Of a DNA stretch of 64,000 bases, positions 36,709 to 47,201 are shown one piece after another (within the stretch, counting starts at the first letter, position 1; each line of letters starts with the position of its first letter). The position numbers and the translations under genes were made by a program. The DNA comes from Bacteroidales bacterium. GTDB taxonomy: Bacteria > Bacteroidota > Bacteroidia > Bacteroidales > Tenuifilaceae. Location: contig RPRQ01000022.1 of the NCBI GenBank assembly GCA_003818205.1, forward strand, positions 71-64,070. Direction: 5' to 3'. The notes under the pieces were generated by a model, which worked only from the letters and a program-made list of their open reading frames with translations, was not told the DNA's origin and made no database searches.

Positions 36709-37305
36709 ATGTCTGCCTTAGCATTTAAAAATATAACATCAACAGCAGTTCCGCTCGGCATCGATAACGTTGATACCGATCAAATAATACCTGCCCGCTA
36801 CCTTAAAGCGGTTACTCGTGGCGATTTTGGTAAAAACCTTTTCGCCGATTGGCGCTATAATAGCGATGGCAGTATAAATAAGGATTTTATACTCAATAAC
36901 CCAATATACGAAGGACAAATACTTCTTACCGGAAAGAATTTCGGCTGTGGATCAAGTCGTGAGCATGCCGCATGGGCTCTTTCCGATTATGGTTTTAAGG
37001 TTATCCTATCGAGCCATTTTGCCGATATCTTTAAGAATAATGCGCTGAATAATGGTATCCTGCCTATACAAATATCTGAAGAGATCATTGCTAATCTTTT
37101 GAAACTTGTCAGTTCAAAGCCTGAAACAAAATTCATTGTTGATCTTGATAAACAAATATTTAGTACAGTAGATAAAAGCATTACAGAAAACTTTCAAATC
37201 AACGCATTTAAGAAAGAGTGCATGCTTAAAGGATACGATAGCATCGATTATCTTATCAATCTAAGGGATAAAGTTGAGCGGTACGAGGGGAGGAAAGTTG
37301 GGTGA
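36709..37305 (+). CDS. leuD: 3-isopropylmalate dehydratase small subunit
   Basis: NVDTDQIIPARYLK and GKNFGCGSSREHAAWAL are present. Confidence 0.95.
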   Translation: MSALAFKNITSTAVPLGIDNVDTDQIIPARYLKAVTRGDFGKNLFADWRYNSDGSINKDFILNNPIYEGQILLTGKNFGCGSSREHAAWALSDYGFKVILSSHFADIFKNNALNNGILPIQISEEIIANLLKLVSSKPETKFIVDLDKQIFSTVDKSITENFQINAFKKECMLKGYDSIDYLINLRDKVERYEGRKVG

Positions 37306-37307
37306 TG

Positions 37308-37375
37308 AAAGAATGGAATGATGGAAGATAATTGTTAGAACAAACCATATTTCCAACATTCCAATATTCCATCTC
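37308..37375. repeat. GGAAT-word hairpin element (leuD-leuB spacer)
   Basis: The arms are aaagaatggaatgatggaag and atatttccaacattccaatattccatctc. Confidence 0.75.
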
Positions 37376-37431
37376 ATTAAGTGTAAAAAAAAATAATTAT
37401 AAACCGAATTCATACTAACAAGTTAGTAATC

Positions 37432-38544
37432 ATGAAAAAGACAATTGCAGTTTTACCTGGCGATGGAATAGGACCCGAGATTACGGATCAGGCGATTAAT
37501 GTATTAAAAACAATTTCCAATATGTACTCATTCGATTTTACATTTGAGTACGGACTAATCGGCGCAGCAGCCATCGATAAAACAGGCGATCCTTATCCTG
37601 CTGAAACGCATGATCTATGCAAAAGAGCCGATGCAATTCTATTCGGAGCAATTGGTGATCCAAAGTACGATAACGATCCTAAAGCTAAAGTTCGTCCTGA
37701 GCAAGGGCTACTTAAAATGCGTAAAGAATTGGGCTTGTATGCCAATATTCGTCCGCTTAAGCTGATCCCTGGCTTGGAGAGCAAATCACCTTTGAAAAGG
37801 GAAATTATCAAAGATGTAGATTTCGTTGTAGTTCGTGAATTGACGGGTGGCATATATTTTGGCAAAAGAGGGCTGAATGAGACCGACTTTTCAGCTTTCG
37901 ATACCTGTACCTACAATGCCAAGGAGATTGAAAGGGTAAGCATTGTAGCTTACGAAATAGCCAATAAACGCAATCGAAAGGTTTCTCTGGTTGATAAGGC
38001 GAATGTGCTTGACACATCGAGGTTATGGAGACAAATTGTTAAGAATGTTGCCAAGAATTACCCGAATGTACAAACCGATTACCTGTTTGTTGACAATGCT
38101 GCAATGCAGCTGATACTTAACCCACGTCAATTCGATGTAATCCTTACAGAGAATATGTTTGGCGATATCCTTACCGATGAGGCAAGCGTATTAGCAGGTT
38201 CGTTAGGCCTTTTACCATCGGCATCTGTAGGTGATTCGGTATCACTCTATGAACCTATTCATGGTTCATTCCCCCAAGCAGCTGGGAAAAATATTGCAAA
38301 TCCAATCGCTACAATTCTTTCAGCAGCCATGATGCTTGAAATGAGTTTTAATACTCCTGATGCGGCTAACCTTATCCGGAGGGCAGTAAATTCAGCCATT
38401 GGCAGCGGTAAACGTACACCTGATATTGCAACATCAAACCCTATGGGCACAAAAGAGGTAGGTGCATGGATTTGTGATCATCTTGAGCGTATTTCAGAGT
38501 ATTCCAACTATTACCTTTTCGAGGAGGAAAAGGCTGCTTGGTAA
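37432..38544 (+). CDS. leuB: 3-isopropylmalate dehydrogenase
   Basis: IAVLPGDGIGPEI, NMFGDILTDEAS and GSLGLLPSAS are present. Confidence 0.95.
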   Translation: MKKTIAVLPGDGIGPEITDQAINVLKTISNMYSFDFTFEYGLIGAAAIDKTGDPYPAETHDLCKRADAILFGAIGDPKYDNDPKAKVRPEQGLLKMRKELGLYANIRPLKLIPGLESKSPLKREIIKDVDFVVVRELTGGIYFGKRGLNETDFSAFDTCTYNAKEIERVSIVAYEIANKRNRKVSLVDKANVLDTSRLWRQIVKNVAKNYPNVQTDYLFVDNAAMQLILNPRQFDVILTENMFGDILTDEASVLAGSLGLLPSASVGDSVSLYEPIHGSFPQAAGKNIANPIATILSAAMMLEMSFNTPDAANLIRRAVNSAIGSGKRTPDIATSNPMGTKEVGAWICDHLERISEYSNYYLFEEEKAAW

Positions 38545-38587
38545 ATTTGTCGGTTCTCACTTGTTTAATTTTCATTTAGACCGAAAA

Positions 38588-38621
38588 ATCTTGCAATATG
38601 TTTGCAAGATTTTTTTTTTTT
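38588..38621 (+). terminator. Rho-independent terminator of the leu operon
   Basis: It reads atcttgcaa tatgt ttgcaagat followed by 11 T. Confidence 0.85.
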
Positions 38622-38682
38622 GAAACAATTAAACCCTTATATCGTTTACAACTCTTATAGTGGAATAATTTTAAAGAGAGAG

Positions 38683-41100
38683 ATGGATAGTAGAGTTTTT
38701 GGATTTTCCTTGACAATTGGAATATTGGTTAGCTTAAATGTTTTTACTCAACCAGTTAGAAAGAGAGTTGATGCTTTAAGAATAAATCAGCACATTACAA
38801 TTGATGGTAAATTGGATGAGGCTGAATGGGTGAATGCCTCTGAAGCAAACGGCTTTATTCAGCACGAACCCTATAACGGTGCTGCACCTTCCGAGAAAAC
38901 ATCAGTCAGAGTGCTTTTCGATAACAGCGCCCTATACATTGGCGCAAGGCTCTATGACTCTAATCCAAGTTTAATTTATAGGGAGCTGGGGCAGCGGGAT
39001 AATAATAGCCTGAAATCGGATTTATTCTCGGTATTCATTAGCCCATACAATGATGGGATTAACTACTCAGAATTTATTGTTTCAGCTTCAGGGGTTCAAA
39101 CCGATATAAAAATAACAGGTGAAAATGAATCAAAAAGTTGGGATGCTGTTTGGACAAGTGAAGTGAGCTTTGATGGGCAGGGATGGGTTGTTGAGATGAA
39201 AATTCCCTACTCTGCACTTCGTTTTACAAAGGGAAGTATTCAAAATTGGGGTATTAACTTTGGGCGAATGATAAAGCGCTACAACGAGTGGAGTTCATGG
39301 AATTTTATCGATAAATCGATTTCAGGCGTTGTCAGCCAATCGGGTGAATTAACAGGGGTTAATGGGATAAATCCTCCTATTCGGCTTTCGCTTAGCCCTT
39401 ACATTTCGGGCTATGCCGATAAGCTACCCGATTCAAAAAAGGTTGATTACAAATTAAGCGGAGGACTTGACCTAAAATATGGAATTAATGAGGCATTTAC
39501 ACTCGATATGACTTTAATTCCTGATTTCGGACAGGTAAAAGCGGATGATAAAATCTTAAATCTTTCCCCTTTCGAAGTTCAATACTCTGAACAAAGACCT
39601 TTCTTCACTGAGGGAACGGAGCTGTTTAATAAAGGCGGAATTTTTTACTCCCGCAGGGTTGGTGCTAAACCTTACTCATTCTATGCTATTGAATCGTTAA
39701 TCGATACAACGAAAGAACGAATCGAAGATAATCCCAATGAAACAAAGATGATTAATGCTACAAAAATATCAGGTAGAACATCTGGCGGATTTGGTATAGG
39801 CTTTTTTAATGCTATGACCTCTAACGCATTTGCTACAATTACGGATACATTAGGCAATAGTCGCAAAATTATGACTCAAGGATTTACTAATTATAATATG
39901 ATTGTTCTGGACCAAACATTAAAGAATAACTCCAATGTTAGCTTAGCCAATACACATCTTTACCGACCCGAAGGACATTATACTGCCAACGTAACCGCTA
40001 CCGATTTCACCCTACGCGATAGGTCGAACCGTTACGCCATTTCAGGGGTAGGGAGCCTAAGCCAGATTTTTAACGACTCAACCACAAGGGGATTTAAATC
40101 GAACATAGAGCTGGCAAAAACAAGTGGGAATTTTCAATTCGAGGTTGGAAATAATATTGAGAGTAAAAACTATAATCCGAACGATATGGGTTTTTTACAA
40201 AATCCTAACGAGTTCTCCTCTTGGGTCGAATTGGAGTACAATGTATTTAAACCTTTTTGGAAGTTACTTAACTTAAACTCTTCGGTAATGTACTTTCATC
40301 AAAGTCTTTATGAACCAAGAAGTTTTACCTCATCATTCATTTTTTTAAATTTCAGGACAACAACATTCAAACGAAACTATACTATTGGGATTAATGCTGA
40401 AATTCAACCTGTTGATATTATTGACTTTTATTTACCTCGAAAGAATGGTTATCAGGTAATTCTCCCAAACCGTAGCTCATTTAGGCTTTTCGGCTCCCCC
40501 GATTATCGCAAATCGTTTGTAGTCGATCATGGTATTAATTTATGGTTCGCCGACCAAATGAGCCAAAAGGGAATTGGTTTCAATCTATCACCGAGAATAC
40601 GTTTTAACGATAAGCTGTTTGTTATCTACAAAATTAACCTGCAATTTGACTATAATGAGATAGGCCAAGTGAATGAGATTGGAGGTGCTGTTTATGTGGG
40701 TAAGAGGGACATTGTAACCCTTGAGAATATGATAAATGCTCAATATACATTCAACGAAAAGGCATTTATAAATTTGAATATCAGGCATTATTGGAAAGGG
40801 TATGAGTTCAGCAAATTTTATCTGCTCAGTAAAGATGGAACGATGTCAGCCACATCGCCAATTGATGGCTATAACAACAACACAAATTTCTTTGATGTAT
40901 TCCTAGATTATAAGTGGAATTTTGCACCCGGAAGCGTGTTATCTGTTGTTTGGAAGAATTCAATTGCTCTATCAAAGGATAAGATTGAGTATGATTATTT
41001 AAAAAACTTTAAAGATGTTTGGAATACACCTCAAACCAATAGCATTTCATTTAAACTATTGTATTACTTAGATTATCACATGTTAAAAAAACAGCGATAA
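38683..41100 (+). CDS. CBM9-like plus DUF5916 outer-membrane protein
   Basis: A signal peptide is followed by [19 protein letters not shown] (CBM9-like) and a long beta-rich C-terminal part. The tracked TTG at 38602 lies inside the leuB terminator, so ATG at 38683 is used. Confidence 0.65.
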   Translation: MDSRVFGFSLTIGILVSLNVFTQPVRKRVDALRINQHITIDGKLDEAEWVNASEANGFIQHEPYNGAAPSEKTSVRVLFDNSALYIGARLYDSNPSLIYRELGQRDNNSLKSDLFSVFISPYNDGINYSEFIVSASGVQTDIKITGENESKSWDAVWTSEVSFDGQGWVVEMKIPYSALRFTKGSIQNWGINFGRMIKRYNEWSSWNFIDKSISGVVSQSGELTGVNGINPPIRLSLSPYISGYADKLPDSKKVDYKLSGGLDLKYGINEAFTLDMTLIPDFGQVKADDKILNLSPFEVQYSEQRPFFTEGTELFNKGGIFYSRRVGAKPYSFYAIESLIDTTKERIEDNPNETKMINATKISGRTSGGFGIGFFNAMTSNAFATITDTLGNSRKIMTQGFTNYNMIVLDQTLKNNSNVSLANTHLYRPEGHYTANVTATDFTLRDRSNRYAISGVGSLSQIFNDSTTRGFKSNIELAKTSGNFQFEVGNNIESKNYNPNDMGFLQNPNEFSSWVELEYNVFKPFWKLLNLNSSVMYFHQSLYEPRSFTSSFIFLNFRTTTFKRNYTIGINAEIQPVDIIDFYLPRKNGYQVILPNRSSFRLFGSPDYRKSFVVDHGINLWFADQMSQKGIGFNLSPRIRFNDKLFVIYKINLQFDYNEIGQVNEIGGAVYVGKRDIVTLENMINAQYTFNEKAFINLNIRHYWKGYEFSKFYLLSKDGTMSATSPIDGYNNNTNFFDVFLDYKWNFAPGSVLSVVWKNSIALSKDKIEYDYLKNFKDVWNTPQTNSISFKLLYYLDYHMLKKQR

Positions 41101-41103
41101 CTT

Positions 41104-41577
41104 TTATATTAATTCTAGAATAGTAATCTTTTGCCCATTAAAAACCACAGTATCCCCTGTGGTTTTTCCTTTTAATGTCTGAAAAATAGGAGCTAAGGGA
41201 GATATTGCGTAAAATTCTCCCTCTGGCAAGGTAATTTTCCCAATGCCAATAGAGACATAAAACTTCTGCTTATTAGTAATTACTAATGTATTTATAGTTA
41301 ACTCCTTATTCTGATTTGAGGGGTCTAGTTTCTCTAAAAAATCCAATTCATTCATTGCCTTTTCGTATTGAGCCGCATGCAGATCTCTTTTTCTCAGAAG
41401 TTGAGCCCTAAATGAATCATACCTATCTCGTGGCGCACCATACTCGTTAGCCGCTATTTGCGCTTCATCCATTGCAGCTTTAGCGTTATCAAGAATATCC
41501 CTTTGCTTTTCAACGCACATTTGATGAAGTTTTATCTTTAGTTCAATTAAATCCATAGAAATAGATAATTTTTTCAA
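41104..41577 (-). CDS. GreA/GreB C-terminal-domain family protein
   Basis: A coiled-coil N-terminal half is followed by ISPLAPIFQTLKGKTTGDTVVFNGQKITILE. Confidence 0.55.
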   Translation of the reverse strand: MKKLSISMDLIELKIKLHQMCVEKQRDILDNAKAAMDEAQIAANEYGAPRDRYDSFRAQLLRKRDLHAAQYEKAMNELDFLEKLDPSNQNKELTINTLVITNKQKFYVSIGIGKITLPEGEFYAISPLAPIFQTLKGKTTGDTVVFNGQKITILELI

Positions 41578-41615
41578 GTAAATTTACGGCATTAATTCAT
41601 TCTAACTACACCCTT

Positions 41616-42656
41616 ATGGAATTTACCAATAAACGTGGCTTTGCGAGTGATAATAACTCAGGGGTTCATCCCGTTATGATGAAGGCAATAATGGATGCCA
41701 ATCATGGTCATACCATTGCATACGGCGATGATCCTTACACAGCCCAAGCAATTTCTAAATTTAAAGAGAATTTTGGGGACGATATTGATGTTTTTTTTGT
41801 TTTTATTGGTTCAGCAGCAAATGTACTTGGTTTAAAAGCTATTACCGAGACCTATAATGCCGTTATTTGTACCGATACCGCTCATATTCATGTAGATGAG
41901 TGTGGTGCACCCGAACGATTTACAGGATGTAAGCTATTAACCGTCACAGCTCCTGATGGTAAATTAACCGTTGATTTGGTCAAGAAACACATGCACGGAT
42001 TTGGTTTCCAGCATCATGCACAACCCAAGGTAATATCCGTATCACAAACAACGGAGCTAGGAACCGTATATACAATTAATGAGATTAGAGCATTAGCCGA
42101 TTATGCGCATCAGAACGGAATGCTACTGCATATGGATGGGGCAAGATTAGCCAATGCAGCTGTATCGCTTAACCTTGGTTTTAAAGAGTTTACAAAAGAC
42201 GCAGGGGTTGATATCCTTTCATTCGGTGGCACTAAGAATGGGATGATGTATGGCGAAGCCATTGTTTTCTTTGATAAGAAGTATTCCCAAAACTTTATGT
42301 ACACCCGTAAGCAGGGTTTACAACTTGCTTCAAAGATGCGTTATATATCCGCTCAGTTTAATGCTTATCTTTCTGATAAACAATGGGTAAATACTGCAAA
42401 ACATTCCAATAGAATGGCTCAAATCCTTGCTGAAAAGGTTCGTAGTATCCCTTGTGTTAAAATAACTCAAAGGGTTGAGGCCAATGGCGTATTTGTCATT
42501 ATCCCTAAAGAAGTAATTTCTGCTCTTCAGAATGAGTACTTCTTTTACGTTTGGGACGAAGATAAATCGGAGGTTCGGTGGATGACTTCATGGGATACAA
42601 CCGAGGAGGATATCATTAATTTTACAAATAGGTTGAAAGAATTGGTTGAAAGTTAG
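41616..42656 (+). CDS. ltaE: Low-specificity L-threonine aldolase (PLP, beta-eliminating lyase fold)
   Basis: FASDNNSGVHP, YGDD, HMDGARLANA and FGGTKNG (PLP lysine) are present. Confidence 0.8.
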   Translation: MEFTNKRGFASDNNSGVHPVMMKAIMDANHGHTIAYGDDPYTAQAISKFKENFGDDIDVFFVFIGSAANVLGLKAITETYNAVICTDTAHIHVDECGAPERFTGCKLLTVTAPDGKLTVDLVKKHMHGFGFQHHAQPKVISVSQTTELGTVYTINEIRALADYAHQNGMLLHMDGARLANAAVSLNLGFKEFTKDAGVDILSFGGTKNGMMYGEAIVFFDKKYSQNFMYTRKQGLQLASKMRYISAQFNAYLSDKQWVNTAKHSNRMAQILAEKVRSIPCVKITQRVEANGVFVIIPKEVISALQNEYFFYVWDEDKSEVRWMTSWDTTEEDIINFTNRLKELVES

Positions 42657-42794
42657 TGATTCAATAGATTATATTATGTATCAATATATCAATTGCATAT
42701 AATCCGATTTTTGTTTCTTTAATCAAATTTATTCCCTTTGATTGGGAATTAAACTCCTAAGTTGATAGTTTTGCCTTCGTCTCAAAAATGGTTT

Positions 42795-44114
42795 ATGCAT
42801 CGTATTATTATCAGATATAAGCACGTTAAAGCAATAGCAGTAATCTCCTTTTTCTGCCTTTTCTTTTTAATCGATTTTTCATCAGGATTTTCATTAAAGG
42901 ATAAAAGCGCAAATTCAGGTTTTAGTAATTCTGTTTATCCAAGAAGTTATACGTTAACTAACGATAAATCTGAATTAGAATCATATAACAGGTTGGACCA
43001 ATCATTCAACTCCTTTATCAAGAAATGGGATTTAGCAGGAGCATCTGTGGCCATTGCAAAAGATGGTAAATTACTATACGCTAAGGGTTTTGGATATGCA
43101 GATAAAGAGGATAGTATAAAAGCCGAACCTTTTAGCATGTACCGAATTGCTAGCGTTTCGAAGCTGATTACTGCCGTTGGCGTAATGAAGCTGATTGAAG
43201 GTAAAAGGCTTAATCTCAACACTAAAATTTTTGGTGAGAATGGTTTACTGAACGATACCTGTTATTCACATTACGTCGATAAACGTGTTGAGGATATTAC
43301 AGTTAAAAATTTACTTAATCATTCAGCAGGCTGGACAAGCTATTGGGGCGATCATATGTTTATCAACGATATGATAGCCAAATCACTAAAGAAACCTCTT
43401 CCTATTAATTTACAGGATATTATTACCTTTGCTCTGTCAAAAAAACTTCATTTTCAGCCCGGTACATACAGCTCATACTGTAATCTAGGCTTTTCAGTTT
43501 TACAGCTCGTTGTAGAAAAAGCATCGGGACAATCCTATGAATCATACATAAAGGAGAATGTTTTTTACCCATTAAATATTGAGGATGCCAATTTATCTTT
43601 CAATTTCGATAGCCTTCGATACCCCAATGAAGCAAGATACTACGAAATACCCGAGGCTCAAAAAGTTATTGCCTTTGATGGTTCAAAGGATTCAATTCTT
43701 AAATGTAGAGGTGGCAATGATATTAGAACCCTGGGAGCGGCTGGTGGCTGGGTTATTTCATCGGTAAGTCTGCTTAAACTTCTTTTAGCCATCGATGGAA
43801 ACGATAATTTCCCTGATTTGCTAACCCGCAAGTCGATTTCAAGACTAATTGAACGTGAGGGAGAATATCAACCATTAGGTTGGAAAACGATATACCCCAA
43901 CGGTAAATGGTGGCGTTCGGGTTCTTTTCCCGGAACTTCAGCGCTGGCTGTAGTTCGAAGTGATGGGTTTACCTATGTTTTTCTTACGAATACTAGCCCT
44001 TGGTCAGGATCTAAATTCCCCTATGAAATTGATAGGCTAATGAGTCGTAACCTAAGAATGATTGAGAATTGGCCAAACGTTAATCTTTTCTACCCATCAC
44101 AACCTGTTAATTAG
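42795..44114 (+). CDS. Serine hydrolase, beta-lactamase/PBP4* family
   Basis: The SxxK motif is present (RIASVSKLITAVG), with the downstream YCNLGF. ATG at 42795 is preferred to the tracked TTG at 42762. Confidence 0.7.
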   Translation: MHRIIIRYKHVKAIAVISFFCLFFLIDFSSGFSLKDKSANSGFSNSVYPRSYTLTNDKSELESYNRLDQSFNSFIKKWDLAGASVAIAKDGKLLYAKGFGYADKEDSIKAEPFSMYRIASVSKLITAVGVMKLIEGKRLNLNTKIFGENGLLNDTCYSHYVDKRVEDITVKNLLNHSAGWTSYWGDHMFINDMIAKSLKKPLPINLQDIITFALSKKLHFQPGTYSSYCNLGFSVLQLVVEKASGQSYESYIKENVFYPLNIEDANLSFNFDSLRYPNEARYYEIPEAQKVIAFDGSKDSILKCRGGNDIRTLGAAGGWVISSVSLLKLLLAIDGNDNFPDLLTRKSISRLIEREGEYQPLGWKTIYPNGKWWRSGSFPGTSALAVVRSDGFTYVFLTNTSPWSGSKFPYEIDRLMSRNLRMIENWPNVNLFYPSQPVN

Positions 44115-44148
44115 TTCTGGATTACTATCCTATCCTAAATTCTATAGC

Positions 44149-44400
44149 CTAACCAACCTTTTTCGAAAACCAATTTCTTGGATCCAAATAGGATTTGTAT
44201 TTAGTAAATAGCTCTTTCCCTAGAAGTAATCCACCTGACCAAAAAGTAACCTCTGCAATAATAAATACAATAGTCGAAACCGTTAGCTTAGTTTTACCAG
44301 CTAAGTTTAGAAAGGGTATTAAAGGTAACGATAAAAATAGCAAGCAGGATAAAATAATTAGGATTAATCCTAACTTGAATTTCCAACTCTTATTCCCCAT
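44149..44400 (-). CDS. Small 2-TM membrane protein
   Basis: The call rests on the hydrophobic profile only. Confidence 0.35.
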   Translation of the reverse strand: MGNKSWKFKLGLILIILSCLLFLSLPLIPFLNLAGKTKLTVSTIVFIIAEVTFWSGGLLLGKELFTKYKSYLDPRNWFSKKVG

Positions 44401-44487
44401 AGTGTCTTAATCTAAAATAATAATGTCGTTTTTTTATTATTGTATTGTATATTAGCAATGTATGAATATATTTAATAATCAAGAGTC

Positions 44488-45090
44488 CTAGTTCAACGAA
44501 AAATTCTTTTGAAGCGCATCCTCGTTATTCTTAACCAATTCGTAAAATTTTAGCTGCTTGATTAAGAACTTTTCCATTCTCAAATGGTTTCTGAGTGAAT
44601 ACAATTTATACTTATCCTCCGATTTTAGGAGTAGCGATTTAGCAATATCAAAAAGTTTAAATGAACTATGCGTTGCAATAGCACCGTTTATTGAGTTTAT
44701 CTCAAGTTTTAACTTCTTTACCAAAACGATTAGTTCAGGATTATTCGTATTAAAATCATCGTCAACATACTCAACTACTCCGCCGCTATAGAGCTTATTG
44801 GGTAGCTCGTCAAAGAAATCTAACAGATGAAAATTTCGAACACACTTAATAAGAACAACCATCTCATTTAGGCTGTTCTTTGCTACAATGCTTTGTAGTT
44901 CAACCTCACAGCCATAGGAGGTTATCTCATCACTTGTGGTATAAGGAATGCCAAACCTCATACCTGTTTTCTTGCAATCCTCGATTAGCTCAATATAACG
45001 AGGCTCAAAGATTCGTAAAGGAATTTCCTCGCCTGGTAAAAGAAAGGTTTGCAATGGGAACATTGCGAGTGTGAAGTCGTAAGAATTCAT
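44488..45090 (-). CDS. LON N-terminal (substrate-binding) domain protein
   Basis: MFPLQTFLLPGEEIPLRIFEPRYIELIEDC is present. Confidence 0.7.
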   Translation of the reverse strand: MNSYDFTLAMFPLQTFLLPGEEIPLRIFEPRYIELIEDCKKTGMRFGIPYTTSDEITSYGCEVELQSIVAKNSLNEMVVLIKCVRNFHLLDFFDELPNKLYSGGVVEYVDDDFNTNNPELIVLVKKLKLEINSINGAIATHSSFKLFDIAKSLLLKSEDKYKLYSLRNHLRMEKFLIKQLKFYELVKNNEDALQKNFSLN

Positions 45091-45095
45091 GCAAT

Positions 45096-45554
45096 CTATT
45101 TAATGGGTGTGAACTTTATTGATACAGAGTTGATGCAGAACCTCTTGCCTGTTGGCTTTGGGCCATCGTCGAAGATATGACCGAGATGAGCACCACATTT
45201 CTTGCATAATACCTCGGTTCTTATCATTCCATGGCTAGTATCATTATGAAATTCAATATTATCTTTATACTTCGAATCAAAAAAACTTGGCCATCCACAA
45301 CTTGAAGCAAATTTTGAATCCGATTCAAAAAGGTTAGCACCACAGCAAACGCATGAATAGATACCTCTCTCGAAAAAATCCCAATATTTCCCTGTAAACG
45401 GTCTTTCTGTTCCTTTTTCACGGGCTACAGCATATTCAATATCGGATAATTTACTCTTCCAGTATTCATCCTTCTTAATGGAATCAGTACTTTGTGCCAT
45501 TATGCTAGTATTTAAAAGTATAATTATCGATATAATTGGAGTTGACCTAATCAT
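45096..45554 (-). CDS. msrB: Peptide-methionine (R)-S-oxide reductase with an N-terminal signal-like segment
   Basis: [39 protein letters not shown] and RFCINS are present. Confidence 0.9.
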   Translation of the reverse strand: MIRSTPIISIIILLNTSIMAQSTDSIKKDEYWKSKLSDIEYAVAREKGTERPFTGKYWDFFERGIYSCVCCGANLFESDSKFASSCGWPSFFDSKYKDNIEFHNDTSHGMIRTEVLCKKCGAHLGHIFDDGPKPTGKRFCINSVSIKFTPIK

Positions 45555-45688
45555 TTACCAAATTGTAATTTCGTTAACTGAGAAACGTTAAACTCTTTAA
45601 AAAGTTCATTATGGTTGATTTTATTAAGTATTTTTATATCAACTTTGTAATTAAAATCGTTTGAATTCATAAATAAACCAAAATACAC

Positions 45689-46372
45689 ATGAGAAAGATA
45701 GCTATACTTTTAAGTCTGTTTTTCGCCACTTGTTTTGCTGTGAATGCGCAAACAACCGAAGAACGAGCTCTTAACCCATTCGATAAGCTGATAATTGATA
45801 GCGATGTTAAGGTTTTCCTAACTAAAGGGAATGAAGAAAAGGTGAAAATTATTGTTTCCGGAATCGAATTGTCGGAGGTCGAAACCACGGTTAAAGGAAA
45901 AACCTTACAAATTCAGCTTTCTCGTGGTGTGCATATGGATATTAGCGCTGAACTTTACATAACCTACAAGGAGATTAGGGATATTTCAGTAAACGCATCG
46001 GGTCGCTTAAGCGTTCAAGGTCCTTTGGTTGGCGATAAGGTTGTTCTAGTAGCAAATACTAACGCTCAGATTGATACTGAGCTGGACCTCAAAACAGTTG
46101 ATGTTAAGGTAGGTCAAGGAGCATCTATCCGCATAAGCGGGAAGGTAGGTTCGATTGATGCCAAAGTATCAACAAGGGGTATTCTTTCTGCTCTCGATGT
46201 ACAATCCGATAGTACATATATACAGGTTGGTAGCGCTGGAACAGCAAAGATAACAGGTATTTATCTACTCGATGCAAAAGTTGGGATAGGAGGAACTCTG
46301 ACCTATTCAGGTGCTCCCAAAGTAAAGAATATTAAATCTGGTTTAGGGGCTACTGTTAACGCTATAGAATAG
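45689..46372 (+). CDS. Head-GIN / DUF2807 domain protein (secreted)
   Basis: A signal peptide is followed by FDKLIIDSDVKVFLTKGNEEKVKI and repetitive beta-helix-like segments. Confidence 0.6.
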   Translation: MRKIAILLSLFFATCFAVNAQTTEERALNPFDKLIIDSDVKVFLTKGNEEKVKIIVSGIELSEVETTVKGKTLQIQLSRGVHMDISAELYITYKEIRDISVNASGRLSVQGPLVGDKVVLVANTNAQIDTELDLKTVDVKVGQGASIRISGKVGSIDAKVSTRGILSALDVQSDSTYIQVGSAGTAKITGIYLLDAKVGIGGTLTYSGAPKVKNIKSGLGATVNAIE

Positions 46373-46580
46373 TAAATATTTTAGTTTAAAAGCTCACTAA
46401 TGATAAAGTTCGTTGGTGGGCTTTTTTTATTAATAATAGTTAATATATTGATATTAAATATTTTACAAACAAATTAACCATCTGGTTAAAATATTTGGTT
46501 AATTTATTTGCAAATTCAAAAACTCACTCATATATTTGCCACATGGTTTAACCATATGGTTAATTAAATAAAACAATGAA

Positions 46581-47201
46581 ATGACCGAACAACAAAAAGA
46601 TACCGAACAGCTTATTCTAAATGCTGCTCGGAAAGTGTTTATCGAAAAAGGGTTGGATGGTGCTCGAATGCAGGAAATTGCAGATGAGGCGGGTATTAAT
46701 AAATCATTGCTTCATTACTATTTCAGGGGCAAGGAAAAACTCTTCGAGATGATTTTTCAGGAGGAGATAGGGAAGTTCTTCCCTCAAATGGTAACATTAA
46801 TGGCATCGCCAGAGGTTAGCTTCGAGGATAAGATAAGGACATTTGTAGGTAACTATATCTCAGTCTTTATTAAGAATCCATTTCTTGCCCCATTTATTCT
46901 AAAGGAGATACACCGGAATCCTGAGAATATCCGTCAATACTTTATAAGAGCAGGCATTAATGTCGAACACGTTAAGTTTGGGATTGGCATGCTTGGTCAG
47001 CAGCTGAATATGAGCTTTGAAGAGGCAAGGCATTTTATAATTAACATGATAAGCCTTTGTATCTTTCCCTTTGCGGGTCGTCCCCTGATCGAAAAACTAC
47101 TATTTCAGGAAGATAAAGCTATCTATGAGCAATTCTTGGAAGAGAGGAAGAAAATGGTAGCCGAGTTTATAATCAACGCATTAAAAAACAGAAATATATG
47201 A
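46581..47201 (+). CDS. TetR/AcrR transcriptional regulator
   Basis: The HTH reads ARMQEIADEAGINKSLLHYYFRGKEKLF. A palindromic ttaaccatctggttaa / ggtttaaccatatggttaa lies upstream at about 46478-46565. Confidence 0.85.
   Translation: MTEQQKDTEQLILNAARKVFIEKGLDGARMQEIADEAGINKSLLHYYFRGKEKLFEMIFQEEIGKFFPQMVTLMASPEVSFEDKIRTFVGNYISVFIKNPFLAPFILKEIHRNPENIRQYFIRAGINVEHVKFGIGMLGQQLNMSFEEARHFIINMISLCIFPFAGRPLIEKLLFQEDKAIYEQFLEERKKMVAEFIINALKNRNI

Noticed and set aside
38602-38682. TTG start at 38602 for the DUF5916 protein
   Set aside because: The first 27 codons overlap the leuB terminator hairpin and its T-run (translating as FFFL). ATG at 38683 is followed by a normal signal peptide.
46385-46430. 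Terminator after the head-GIN gene (agctcac..gtgggcttttttt)
   Set aside because: The stem has a mismatch and a long loop. It is plausible but too weak to list as a feature.
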